Position numbers and translations under genes: made by a program. A DNA stretch of 64,000 nucleotides from a virus. Numbering within the stretch: position 1 is the stretch's first letter; each line of letters begins with the position of its first letter. The stretch covers positions 32,001 to 96,000 of IMG/VR virus record IMGVR_UViG_3300045988_107970. One strand, given 5' to 3'. The notes beneath the pieces were generated by a model. It saw only the letters and a list, made by a program, of their open reading frames with translations, did not search any database and was not told where the DNA came from. This document shows positions 8,955 to 18,121 of the stretch, one piece after another.

Positions 8955-9176
8955 ATGAAGCTCGTATTTCAGAACAGTCGAGGACATGAGCGAACAATTG
9001 CATATGTTAAAACGGCTGATGAAGCGTATTCTGAAATTAAAAAATTCTGTAACGAAAGAGACTTTCATATTTACTATACTCGTATTTGGCAAGACGATGA
9101 TGGTGCGACAGTCTATGATGTTGGCTCGCATGTAAGCTTCTTTAAACTATATCAAGATAACAAGGAGCAGAAATGA
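8955..9176 (+). CDS. hypothetical protein
   Basis: 73-aa ORF, tightly packed in the operon. Confidence 0.4.
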   Translation: MKLVFQNSRGHERTIAYVKTADEAYSEIKKFCNERDFHIYYTRIWQDDDGATVYDVGSHVSFFKLYQDNKEQK

Positions 9177-9484
9177 TTACGAAAAAAGATTTTGTTTCCG
9201 CAGTGAATTCAATTAAAGAAGTTGAGAACTTCTATCATCAGTATGGTCATAAGTGCTATGTTAAGAACTCGCTAATTCAAACGCTTGTAGATTCTGTTGG
9301 CGATAAATATGAATGGACTGCATGGTACATCAATACGACTCGATATGGTGAAGTGAATAACACTGTAAGTGCCGGTGAATATGGCAACGAAGTTAAACAC
9401 TATGTTATCAAGACTGTCGATGATTTGTATGACTTCCTTGCAGACTATTATCATTGGAATGAAATGGATTATAAGTATGAGTAA
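9173..9484 (+). CDS. hypothetical protein
   Basis: 103-aa ORF. ATGA overlap with the upstream stop. Confidence 0.4.
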   Translation: MITKKDFVSAVNSIKEVENFYHQYGHKCYVKNSLIQTLVDSVGDKYEWTAWYINTTRYGEVNNTVSAGEYGNEVKHYVIKTVDDLYDFLADYYHWNEMDYKYE

Positions 9485-9686
9485 CTATCCAGACTACACT
9501 TGGGAACAAGATTCCTACGCACCGTGGAATAGCGATGAGGATTATATCGACAAGAAGTGCAAGCAGTGTTCACTGTTCGCAAAAATTCCAGATGATATCT
9601 GTGCAACAGACATGGGATATTGTATTGAGTGCTGTGATTATTTTAGCGGCGAAGACGATGCCTGCGCTTCTTTTGAACTATATTAA
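9477..9686 (+). CDS. hypothetical Cys-rich protein
   Basis: Start moved to ATG 9477, overlapping the upstream stop. Has CKQC and CIECC pairs. Confidence 0.35.
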   Translation: MSNYPDYTWEQDSYAPWNSDEDYIDKKCKQCSLFAKIPDDICATDMGYCIECCDYFSGEDDACASFELY

Positions 9687-9688
9687 GG

Positions 9689-9940
9689 ATGTTATATATG
9701 AGTGGTAATTGTTCAGATGACTTAAATTCATGGCATACTAATTTCGCTACGACAACAGATGATATCCAAGAATTTATGAAGATTACATATTATATGATGG
9801 GCATTGTAGATGAGTTCATTGGTATGTGTGATGCTTCAACATATGGCGGATTTAGAGATAATGATTTTCGTATGTTCAAAAGAATGCATAAAGAAATGGA
9901 CGATATCATAGAGCGCCGAGGAATATACATCAATAAATAG
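9689..9940 (+). CDS. hypothetical protein
   Basis: 83-aa ORF. The start could also be ATG 9698. Confidence 0.35.
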   Translation: MLYMSGNCSDDLNSWHTNFATTTDDIQEFMKITYYMMGIVDEFIGMCDASTYGGFRDNDFRMFKRMHKEMDDIIERRGIYINK

Positions 9941-9946
9941 AGCGGT

Positions 9947-10246
9947 GTGATAATGGAAATTGTAAGCATTGACCGTGTGAAGGCTCGCAAACCACATAAG
10001 TGTGATATGTGCGGCAAGAAGATTGAAGTCGGCGAAGAATACGAAGCCCAAAACTTAGTCTGTTATAATGAGATGTATACGTTTCATCAGTGCGACAGAT
10101 GCAAGCCATATGTCGATGAGCTGTGGAGTATAGGTTTTGATAACGACCTAGACGGACTTGATTCATGTACCTTTTATTCGTTTATGTCAGAAGAGCATAA
10201 TGATGTTTTGGATAAATGGTATAAAGAAGATGGTTATGATGAGTAA
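9947..10246 (+). CDS. hypothetical zinc-ribbon-like protein
   Basis: CDMCGK and CDRC pairs. Confidence 0.35.
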   Translation: MIMEIVSIDRVKARKPHKCDMCGKKIEVGEEYEAQNLVCYNEMYTFHQCDRCKPYVDELWSIGFDNDLDGLDSCTFYSFMSEEHNDVLDKWYKEDGYDE

Positions 10247-10430
10247 GAAAAGCACTATAATCTGCGACAGGTGCGGCAAAGAAGTACCATACAATGTAGG
10301 CAAAAGGTTTTATCATCATACATGTATATTGTTTGATAGGTTTTGTCTATGGGATAGCATAGAAGATAGGCTTGATTTGTGTGATGATTGCTCAAATGAG
10401 TTTCGCAAGTGGCTAAAGAAAGAGGTGTAG
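10236..10430 (+). CDS. hypothetical zinc-ribbon-like protein
   Basis: Start at ATG 10236 or 10239, overlapping the upstream stop. Has CDRCGK and CDDC pairs. Confidence 0.35.
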   Translation: MMSKKSTIICDRCGKEVPYNVGKRFYHHTCILFDRFCLWDSIEDRLDLCDDCSNEFRKWLKKEV

Positions 10431-10433
10431 ATT

Positions 10434-10703
10434 ATGGCATTGGATTTAACATGGTTTGACGTAGATGGAGATATCGAAACATTCTATACCTATTGTCTTC
10501 ATCACATGGAAGGCTGCGATGAGCCAGAATGGACTATGTACAATCGAATCACGGCGGTAATTGAAGATTATTGGATGAAGAAGTTTAAGTTTAAACTTAA
10601 GGATTCAGTTGACAATAATCTTAAGGGCTTGGTAGTTGGCAATGTGATTGAAGACACCATTGCAGAGATGCCAAACGCATTGAAGATGTTAGAGGATTCA
10701 TAG
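10434..10703 (+). CDS. hypothetical protein
   Basis: 89-aa ORF. Confidence 0.35.
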   Translation: MALDLTWFDVDGDIETFYTYCLHHMEGCDEPEWTMYNRITAVIEDYWMKKFKFKLKDSVDNNLKGLVVGNVIEDTIAEMPNALKMLEDS

Positions 10704-10715
10704 AGAGGAATTGAT

Positions 10716-10985
10716 ATGGCTATATACAAACTTGAATTTGATTGGTGGACAGTCGAGGACGAGGACAAACCTTGGTATGAACAGGAGCAGCGAGTATATT
10801 ATTTCACGCACGCCGAGGACGCGCTTGATTTCGTTGACCGTGTAGTCTGGAATGAAGCTGCATATGTATCTATGGGCAGTCCGATTAACGCATATCTTTA
10901 TAAGTTTACCGAGTCTAGGCAGTATGATGAGCGAGATTGCCGATATATCGCTGCATGGCACGATATTGACAAAAGAGTGCGCTAA
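10716..10985 (+). CDS. hypothetical protein
   Basis: 89-aa ORF with GAGAGGAA RBS. Confidence 0.35.
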   Translation: MAIYKLEFDWWTVEDEDKPWYEQEQRVYYFTHAEDALDFVDRVVWNEAAYVSMGSPINAYLYKFTESRQYDERDCRYIAAWHDIDKRVR

Positions 10986-11046
10986 AACAACGCTCTGACC
11001 TGCGGTTTTGTTGACGAAAAAAGCTTTAAAATCGTGATTTTAAAAG

Positions 11047-11118
11047 TTTGATAATTCCAATAAAAATGTTAATTCCAAATAGCAATTGGAAGCAACAAAA
11101 AATATTGGAATTATCAAA
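11047..11118. promoter_or_regulatory. nested inverted repeats built from TTCCAA/TTGGAA (operator or origin-like)
   Basis: Perfect 16-bp arms TTTGATAATTCCAATA (11047..11062) and TATTGGAATTATCAAA (11103..11118). They enclose AATTCCAAAT (11071..11080) and AATTGGAA (11083..11090). Confidence 0.55.
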
Positions 11119-11159
11119 GAATAAAACATACCTTTAACGTCTAATTCAATTTAATATTG

Positions 11160-11193
11160 TGATATAATAATGACCGTATATAAGGCGGTCATT
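11160..11193 (+). promoter_or_regulatory. TGaTATAAT extended -10 followed by an 8-bp hairpin
   Basis: TTGTGATATAATAA is identical to the element at 1617..1630. Stem AATGACCG (11169..11176) pairs with CGGTCATT (11186..11193). Confidence 0.45.
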
Positions 11194-11212
11194 ATTTGTA
11201 TAGGGAGACGAT

Positions 11213-11434
11213 ATGGAGCTAGACACATTTTATGTCGTAACGATTCCAGAACATACAAAGAAAGAAATTTCTTTTAGCACAAAAAAGTTTGGCACATGCA
11301 TAGGTATTACACCAGAAGAAACACAAGTCTGTATTCCAGAAGAGAAATACTATTTCAACAAACGTAAACAGGCTAAGAAGTTTTGTTTAGAGAATAACTA
11401 TCCGTTTGAATACATTACAAAGGAGTTGTATTAA
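11213..11434 (+). CDS. hypothetical protein
   Basis: 73-aa ORF with GGGAGA RBS. Its stop overlaps the next ATG. Confidence 0.4.
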   Translation: MELDTFYVVTIPEHTKKEISFSTKKFGTCIGITPEETQVCIPEEKYYFNKRKQAKKFCLENNYPFEYITKELY

Positions 11435-12642
11435 TGGCGCGTTTGTCAAAAGAAGAACTTGATAAAATCAAAGAAAAATACAGCGTATCACGTATATGGT
11501 CATGGAGTCGTGTAAATACCTACATGACTTCTAAGTACGAGTATTATCTTAAATACGTCAAGCACGTGAATGAAGATAGAACAGACTGCGGATATGCGCC
11601 ACTCGGATCTATCGCACATGACACTCTTGACGCATTCTATGAGGGTGATATTTCATATGAAGATATGATTAGTCAGTTCGAGGATGGTTGGCTTACTGCC
11701 ATTGACATTGCAGACCTTAAGCTTGACCGTAATGATGAAGAGCATGATGCTAGTATCAAGGCTAAATACAAGGAAGATTTACAAATCTTCTTTAAAAACC
11801 ATATTAAGTATGAGCATAAACTGCTTATTGAGAAGCCTGTAATTGCACAGGTTGGTGATAATGTATTTGTTGGCTATATCGATGCATTGTTCAAGGATGA
11901 TAATGGTTGCTATAATATCATAGATTTTAAGACTAGCTCTATGTACAAGGGCAAGACGCTTGAAGAGCATTCAGGGCAGCTAACTATCTATGGATTAGGA
12001 CTAGTACAAGCTGGTATTCCACTTGATAAGGTAAAGATTTGCTTTAATTTCTTAAAGTATTGTAACGTTCAGTATCATCAGAAGAATGGCGCAGTAAAAG
12101 AGCGACAGGTAGAGCGCTATAAGCTTGGTGACAGTCTCAAGACAAATGTTAAGATGTGGCTTAAAGCCGATGGGTATTCGGAAGACGAAGTTGATAATTA
12201 TCTGAAGCTTCTTATTGATACAAACACCATTGATGTATTGCCAGATGATGTACGTGATAAGTATGTGATTACAGATTGCCATGTATTTATTCCATTTACA
12301 CAGGAGTTAATTGATAAGTGGACTGATACGATTGTGTCTACCATTCAAGATATTAACATGCGCGAGAAAGATTACGAAGAGACTAAGAGCGATGCCGCGT
12401 TTTGGGATTCCGAGGAAGATGTCAAAGCTCAATCGTATTACTTCTCGACATTAATGGGATACAGCGCAAATCTGCATAAGCCATATAAAGAATATCTAGA
12501 CAAACTAGAAGCTCAGAAGAATGATACAGATATATTTGGCGGTCTTGTTGGAGATTCTAAAAATGACGTTGCAACTAGTCAGGATATATGCAATAATAAG
12601 ACCGATGAAGTAGATTTATCTTGGTTAGATGAACTAGCCTAA
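11434..12642 (+). CDS. PD-(D/E)XK (RecB/Cas4-like) exonuclease
   Basis: 402 aa. Nuclease motif VGYIDALF...NIIDFKTS. Acidic tail ending DLSWLDELA. Confidence 0.55.
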   Translation: MARLSKEELDKIKEKYSVSRIWSWSRVNTYMTSKYEYYLKYVKHVNEDRTDCGYAPLGSIAHDTLDAFYEGDISYEDMISQFEDGWLTAIDIADLKLDRNDEEHDASIKAKYKEDLQIFFKNHIKYEHKLLIEKPVIAQVGDNVFVGYIDALFKDDNGCYNIIDFKTSSMYKGKTLEEHSGQLTIYGLGLVQAGIPLDKVKICFNFLKYCNVQYHQKNGAVKERQVERYKLGDSLKTNVKMWLKADGYSEDEVDNYLKLLIDTNTIDVLPDDVRDKYVITDCHVFIPFTQELIDKWTDTIVSTIQDINMREKDYEETKSDAAFWDSEEDVKAQSYYFSTLMGYSANLHKPYKEYLDKLEAQKNDTDIFGGLVGDSKNDVATSQDICNNKTDEVDLSWLDELA

Positions 12643-12660
12643 CTTGTAGAAGGATATACA

Positions 12661-14685
12661 GTGAGCAATGGTATTAACGTTTTAAATCTATGCGATGGTA
12701 TTTCGTGTGGCAAGGTCGCTCTTGACCGCGCTGGCATCAAGGTGAATAAGTATTTTTCAAGTGAGATTGACGAGAATGCCATTGCTATTTCTGAGAAGAA
12801 TCACGATGGTATTATTCGTCTTGGTGATATTACTAAGTGGCGTGAATGGGATTTGCCGCATATCGACTTGGTTTTGTCAGGCACGTCTTGTTTCCCAGCT
12901 GGTGCGCTTGTGCTACGTGAAGATGGTTTTGTTCCAATTGAAGAGATTAAAGTTGGAGACATGGTAATGACGCACAAGGGTCGTTTACGCCGTGTACTTG
13001 CAACTGGTTCAAAGCTTTCTGAAACAATCATGCTTAAAGGTCAGGGTTCTGTTGGAATCGAATGTACTCCAAATCATCCGTTTTATAGTGTGCATAAGCA
13101 ATGGCCGCATACAGCTGGAAACCCGAGCAATAAGTCAATTGTTTCTGAACCTGAGTGGGTTGAAGCAAAGGACATGAAAAGCAAGTTTTGGCTTAATGTG
13201 TGCAATGTAGAAGAGCCAACTGAAGTTCCTCAATTTGATGAAGCACAATTTAATGTTAGTGATTGTGGACATATTAAAGATTTCCAAATGACTAGTGCGT
13301 TTTTCTACTTTGTTGGTAGATGGCTTGGAGACGGATGGGCTAATGTTCACAAAAGAAAGAATCGCGTTCATTCAAATTTAAAACGAGTATATGTGTGTTG
13401 TTCACACGATGAAGAAGAGTACCTTGAAAAGAAATTGAGTGAAACTGGTTTATATTTTAGTAGAACCGACAACGGGTCAACTATGAGATTTACATGTTCT
13501 TCTACTCAGCTATATGACTGGATTATTGGCAATTTCGGAGTTCATGCAGATGGCAAGAACATCCCGTATTGGTGCCTTGGTATGCCAGTAGAATTTCGTA
13601 AGGCGATGTTTGAAGGATATATTGATGCAGACGGTACCAATAGAGACAATGGAGTTAGATCGAATTCTATTAATAGAGGATTAACTGTTGGAATGAAGCT
13701 TATTGCTGGTTCTCTTGGGATGGCATTAAGTACATATAAATTTAACACAAAAGAAAATGGTATGATTGAAGGTAGGATTGTAAATCAAAAACCTCTTTAT
13801 GAACAATCGTATTATCATGATTCTCGTAGTGCAATGTTTCTTGATACTGGTTGGTTTGGATGCGTAAGAAGCGTGAAGCCGTGTCGTGATACTGCTATGG
13901 TATACAATCTAGAGGTTGAAGAAGATAATTCATATACTGTAGACGGCATTGCTGTACACAATTGTCAAGGATTCTCCCGTGCTGGTATGATGCTTAATTT
14001 CAAGGATGAGCGCAGTAAACTATTTTTTGAATTCGTTGATATTCTTAATGACATTAAGACAAAGAATCCAGATGTCTTGTTTCTATTTGAGAATGTCAAG
14101 ATGAAAGATGTGTGGAAAGATATTATCACCGATAAGCTTGGCGTTGAGCCTATTGAGATTAACAGTAAACTTATGAGCGCACAAAATCGTTGGCGTACAT
14201 ATTGGACTAATATCCCCAATGTTGAAAAGCCAAAGGACAAGGGTATTAAGCTGCTTGATATTCTTGAAGACAATCCCGATGTTGAATTGGTTGAGCATAA
14301 GGGAATCATGTTCGATTCATACTTTCCAGAGAATGCTGTTGCCATTGTTAATCGAGTTGATGGCGAGCTACGTATCAATCAAGCAACTAAGAAGGGTTAT
14401 ATTGTAGCGCATAATGGTGATGGCGTTAATCTATCATTCCCGACTAGCAAGACTCGGCGTGGTCGTGTGATTAAGCAGAAGTCATCTACTCTTGATTGTG
14501 CCTGCGATGCATCTGTGTATTACGACAATACGATTAGACGTTTGACTTGCACTGAGCTAGAGCGCCTTCAAACGCTGCCTGATGGGTATACAGAAGGTTG
14601 GGTTAGGAGTAACAGGGTCAAGGCGATCGGCAATGGCTGGACTGTTGACGTAATTGCATGGATCCTTAGTTTTATGAAGCAGTAA
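12661..14685 (+). CDS. DNA (cytosine-5) methyltransferase precursor containing an intein
   Basis: Extein motifs: LCDGISCG (motif I), GTS-C...QGFSRAG (the PCQ-type motif IV is split), LFENV, QNRWR and GNGWTVDV. GTG start. Confidence 0.8.
   Translation: MSNGINVLNLCDGISCGKVALDRAGIKVNKYFSSEIDENAIAISEKNHDGIIRLGDITKWREWDLPHIDLVLSGTSCFPAGALVLREDGFVPIEEIKVGDMVMTHKGRLRRVLATGSKLSETIMLKGQGSVGIECTPNHPFYSVHKQWPHTAGNPSNKSIVSEPEWVEAKDMKSKFWLNVCNVEEPTEVPQFDEAQFNVSDCGHIKDFQMTSAFFYFVGRWLGDGWANVHKRKNRVHSNLKRVYVCCSHDEEEYLEKKLSETGLYFSRTDNGSTMRFTCSSTQLYDWIIGNFGVHADGKNIPYWCLGMPVEFRKAMFEGYIDADGTNRDNGVRSNSINRGLTVGMKLIAGSLGMALSTYKFNTKENGMIEGRIVNQKPLYEQSYYHDSRSAMFLDTGWFGCVRSVKPCRDTAMVYNLEVEEDNSYTVDGIAVHNCQGFSRAGMMLNFKDERSKLFFEFVDILNDIKTKNPDVLFLFENVKMKDVWKDIITDKLGVEPIEINSKLMSAQNRWRTYWTNIPNVEKPKDKGIKLLDILEDNPDVELVEHKGIMFDSYFPENAVAIVNRVDGELRINQATKKGYIVAHNGDGVNLSFPTSKTRRGRVIKQKSSTLDCACDASVYYDNTIRRLTCTELERLQTLPDGYTEGWVRSNRVKAIGNGWTVDVIAWILSFMKQ
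12889..13962 (+). mobile_element. intein (358 aa) with LAGLIDADG homing endonuclease domain
   Basis: Starts with Cys (CFPAGALVL). Block B is TPNHPF. LAGLIDADG motifs are FVGRWLGDGWA and FEGYIDADGT. Ends VHN, followed by the +1 Cys of CQGFSRAG. Confidence 0.8.
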
Positions 14686-14734
14686 AATATCTATTTTAAG
14701 GAGCGGATATGAAAAAGGCAGACCTAAAAAGTTT

Positions 14735-15130
14735 ATGATTGTTCGTAATGGATATGGCAATTTATTTATTTTGTTAAGTTATAACAATAATGAATGGGCA
14801 ATCGGCAGAGGTCTAACGGATGAAGAATACGAAAGCGGTCTATATGATGACTGCTATGTTCCGATTGGTTATGAACATTATGAGTTTAATGATGATTTGG
14901 TACACGTAGAAGATCCTATTGCAAGTATTACTAAAATATATGATTCTGTTCCTGTAAAATTTCCATTTGAACTTGACGTTGAAAGTTTATATGATAAATA
15001 TAAGCCAAAGCTTCTTTGGGAACGCGAACCTACGCCTGTCAGTTTGGATAAGCTCAATGGTTTTCAATCCAACAAAGAAGTGATGGAGTATATTGGTACT
15101 ATTGTCCCACCATATATAATAGTAGAATAA
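14735..15130 (+). CDS. hypothetical protein
   Basis: 131-aa ORF. Preceded by a 9-codon mini-ORF (14709..14738) that has the RBS. Confidence 0.35.
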   Translation: MIVRNGYGNLFILLSYNNNEWAIGRGLTDEEYESGLYDDCYVPIGYEHYEFNDDLVHVEDPIASITKIYDSVPVKFPFELDVESLYDKYKPKLLWEREPTPVSLDKLNGFQSNKEVMEYIGTIVPPYIIVE

Positions 15131-15158
15131 TTTAAATATTAGTTTTTAGGAGATTGGT

Positions 15159-15770
15159 ATGAACGCTCTTGACCTAATAAAACAAAATAAGGTGATGTTG
15201 GCGATTGTAATAAAAGCAGAAGAAGCTGGTTTCGATGTACTGAAAGCAACAAGTGACAAAGTTACGGTAAAAGCCAATTGTTTACCAGTAGAAATCACAT
15301 GGGAGATGTGTTCGTGTCATGGCGGTAGAATGTGGCTGTCGCAGCTTAACACGAACATCAATACTGAACTATCTTCACCTGAATACGATGAAAAAAATGG
15401 CATCGTAGACCCAGAGACAGAGCTTGCGTTTTATATTGACAATAAGATGATTGATACTATCAAAAGCTTTGAAAAGTATGTCTATGTCGTTGATGTTATC
15501 GGGGAATACAAAAAGGATGAGCTAAGAACATCTTATTTCAAGAGTGTCGAAGACGCTTCTTACTTTGTGTTCCATGAGCATGGGCATGACCTTAACAGCG
15601 AATATGGAGAAGTGACGCATCAATATCCAAATCCTGATATGCAAGAGCGTATAACCTATGTCTGTGAAGATAATGGCGTGCTAAAGTTTAAGGGCGAAGC
15701 CATTAATAAGGGTAAAGCTGGTAGGGCATACGAAATTAAATTTAGGGTGTTTAGAAAGAAGATACACTAG
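15159..15770 (+). CDS. hypothetical protein
   Basis: 203-aa ORF with AGGAGA RBS. Confidence 0.4.
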   Translation: MNALDLIKQNKVMLAIVIKAEEAGFDVLKATSDKVTVKANCLPVEITWEMCSCHGGRMWLSQLNTNINTELSSPEYDEKNGIVDPETELAFYIDNKMIDTIKSFEKYVYVVDVIGEYKKDELRTSYFKSVEDASYFVFHEHGHDLNSEYGEVTHQYPNPDMQERITYVCEDNGVLKFKGEAINKGKAGRAYEIKFRVFRKKIH

Positions 15771-15788
15771 CACATTTAAGGAGATAAA

Positions 15789-16073
15789 ATGCTACCAATT
15801 CTTACTCATAGTGGGGTCATAAAGGATTATATAGCTGGTGAAGATATTAAGAACAATGATATCTGCATCGTAGACACAGAGACGCAGAAGATTAGAAAGC
15901 CGAAAAATCCTTCTGAGTGGTTCTATTGTCAAGTGGTTTATGTGTATGAGACTAATCCTTGGGCTATTGATGGTATCGAAGAGGGATATATTATAAGCCA
16001 AAAGATGATTGACGGCGGCACTATTAAAGAGGGAGCGCGATGCCGCTGCTGGCTCGGTTTCTTTAGAGTGTAG
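15789..16073 (+). CDS. hypothetical protein
   Basis: 94-aa ORF with AAGGAGA RBS. Confidence 0.4.
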   Translation: MLPILTHSGVIKDYIAGEDIKNNDICIVDTETQKIRKPKNPSEWFYCQVVYVYETNPWAIDGIEEGYIISQKMIDGGTIKEGARCRCWLGFFRV

Positions 16074-16087
16074 GAGATGTTAGTCTA

Positions 16088-16282
16088 ATGGATGCAGAGC
16101 ATACTATAGTTCAGTGTTGCGGTGAAGTATATATCGATACTAGACCGCTTCCCAAGTGTCCTTCAAATTCAAAACGCTCATCAATCAACATTGTGGGCGA
16201 TAAGATTTATATGAATGGATATGAATATAAAAACGGCGAGTGGAAGAGAACTCTACGCGCCTTGTTCTATAATCTATTTTAA
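16088..16282 (+). CDS. hypothetical protein
   Basis: 64-aa ORF. Confidence 0.3.
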   Translation: MDAEHTIVQCCGEVYIDTRPLPKCPSNSKRSSINIVGDKIYMNGYEYKNGEWKRTLRALFYNLF

Positions 16283-16305
16283 ATGTAAATGTAGGATGCA
16301 TTATA

Positions 16306-16479
16306 ATGAAAGCCAAAGAGCTTGCAGAAGAGCTATTGAAATATCCAGACTTTGATGTTGTTGTGCGTGTGCCTATATCTGTCGCAACCTATGACCGTCC
16401 ATATGGTGAATATGATATGCTAGATATAGATTATATTGGCGGTATTAAAGATGATGATATGGTAATAGTTCTTGAATAG
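16306..16479 (+). CDS. hypothetical protein (57 aa, below the track cutoff)
   Basis: ATG 16306 after GTAGGA. Open to TAG 16477..16479. Confidence 0.3.
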   Translation: MKAKELAEELLKYPDFDVVVRVPISVATYDRPYGEYDMLDIDYIGGIKDDDMVIVLE

Positions 16480-16491
16480 ATGAGGTTGATT

Positions 16492-16806
16492 ATGTATATC
16501 TATATTGTTCGTTGTTATGATTACGATACTATGTTTAGCGTTGGTTATTTCACGAACGAAGAAGACGCAGAGAAGTGTATGGAATATCACATGAGAACAG
16601 TGCCAAGCGACTATGAGTATATGTGTGATGCATATACCATAGAAAAATACGAACTTGATGATACTGATTATACGGCGCTCCTTAAAGGTCTTGATGAAGA
16701 TGAGAGGGTAAAGCAAAGAAAAGAGGAAGAAGAGTTTAGAAATAAGGAGCTTGCAGAACTTGCCAGACTAAAGGCAAAGTATGAAGGACAACAAGGTGAT
16801 TCGTAA
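16492..16806 (+). CDS. hypothetical protein
   Basis: ATG 16492 preceded by GAGG. C-terminal charged helix. Confidence 0.35.
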   Translation: MYIYIVRCYDYDTMFSVGYFTNEEDAEKCMEYHMRTVPSDYEYMCDAYTIEKYELDDTDYTALLKGLDEDERVKQRKEEEEFRNKELAELARLKAKYEGQQGDS

Positions 16807-17092
16807 TAAATATGAGTTCTTGAAGTCTCTTAAAAAAGAAGAGCTTGATAATGGAACCATTAGAGTTTCAATCGAGTGCAGAGACGGCATAACAGAAAGT
16901 GTATGGGCATATCAAGATGACAATATGGATAAATCGTTTGCTATTTTGTTGAACACACCGCTTAGCTATTTCCCAGTTCTTTATTATGGGTCAGAAGTCA
17001 AGATTAAATATCGTGACAATGTAGCTATGCTCGATGCCAATTGGGTGGTAGAAGAGTGTAACCGATATGTGATTAAGCGTTCTGATATATAA
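16781..17092 (+). CDS. hypothetical protein
   Basis: 103-aa ORF overlapping the end of the upstream gene. Confidence 0.35.
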   Translation: MKDNKVIRNKYEFLKSLKKEELDNGTIRVSIECRDGITESVWAYQDDNMDKSFAILLNTPLSYFPVLYYGSEVKIKYRDNVAMLDANWVVEECNRYVIKRSDI

Positions 17093-17116
17093 AATTATTG
17101 TTTTAAGGTGGTTAAT

Positions 17117-17257
17117 ATGGTAGAATTTGATGTTGATATGGAGTATCTTGCAATCAACGATGAGCTTGATTGCGTTGTGCTACATGATGAGAATGGCGTA
17201 ATGGACGATGTAGTTTTTGTTCCTGAGAAGAAGCAGGAAGAAAAACAATCAGATTAA
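17117..17257 (+). CDS. small acidic hypothetical protein (46 aa)
   Basis: AAGGTGG RBS and ATG 17117. Not in the track because it is under 60 aa. Confidence 0.3.
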   Translation: MVEFDVDMEYLAINDELDCVVLHDENGVMDDVVFVPEKKQEEKQSD

Positions 17258-17286
17258 AAATTTATCGTTCAACTGATAAAGATATA

Positions 17287-17327
17287 TGCTATAATGTAGG
17301 GAGACTTTTTGATCTCCCTATTTTTTT
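17287..17327 (+). promoter_or_regulatory. TGcTATAAT extended -10 followed by a hairpin plus T7 run
   Basis: TGCTATAAT at 17287..17295. Stem TAGGGAGA (17297..17304) pairs with TCTCCCTA (17313..17320), then TTTTTTT. May also act as the terminator of the upstream operon. Confidence 0.45.
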
Positions 17328-17344
17328 ATTGAGAGGGTGCATAT

Positions 17345-18121
17345 ATGCAGAAGAGTTGTAAGTATTGCGGAAAGAAGTTTGAGCCTAAAAAAGGCCATAA
17401 TAATCAAATGTATTGCTGTAAATCATGTTCGGTAAAAGATAGGCACGTAGAAGATATTGGTCTTTTTAGAGAAGAAATTGATGATTACATTAAAAAATAC
17501 GTATTAGGATTAATAATTACAGATGGATGCTTGTCAAAGAATGGCGAAAGAATTTTTATATGTATTTCATTAAAAGATTTTAAAATGATAGAACGGATTA
17601 GAGATTTGGTATGTCCAAACAAAAAGGTATATAAAGACGGTAATAACTATCAAGTAAAGTGGAGAAATGAAAATGATGTTAAATATCTTAATGACATAGG
17701 TATACATGAGAGAAAAACATTTGATGTTGTATTGCCGATGTTTAATGAAAACATGTGGCATTTAATCAGGGGTATTTTCGATGGTGATGGATGTGTTTAT
17801 TACAGTACAACGTTTGATAAAAAGATGAATAAGGAATATACATATACATATATTACTTTTACTACTGCAAGTGAAAAATTTGCTTATCAATTAAATAAAT
17901 TTTTAAATCAAAATAATATTGCGTCAAAAATTTATATTGATAAAAGAAATTCTGACAGAAAGAATTTAACGTTTTATATAAAAATATTAAAAAAAGAAAG
18001 TGTATTATTGTTTAGAAATCTCATTTATCAAGATTGTAATAATTGGTATCTAGAGAGAAAGTACAATAAATTTTATAATAAATCACCAAAGAGTATTGAA
18101 AGCAGTGATGTTTGTGCTTAA
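17345..18121 (+). CDS. free-standing LAGLIDADG homing endonuclease with N-terminal zinc finger
   Basis: Two LAGLIDADG motifs, LGLIITDGC and IRGIFDGDGCV. N-terminal CKYCGK...CCKSC. Confidence 0.75.
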   Translation: MQKSCKYCGKKFEPKKGHNNQMYCCKSCSVKDRHVEDIGLFREEIDDYIKKYVLGLIITDGCLSKNGERIFICISLKDFKMIERIRDLVCPNKKVYKDGNNYQVKWRNENDVKYLNDIGIHERKTFDVVLPMFNENMWHLIRGIFDGDGCVYYSTTFDKKMNKEYTYTYITFTTASEKFAYQLNKFLNQNNIASKIYIDKRNSDRKNLTFYIKILKKESVLLFRNLIYQDCNNWYLERKYNKFYNKSPKSIESSDVCA

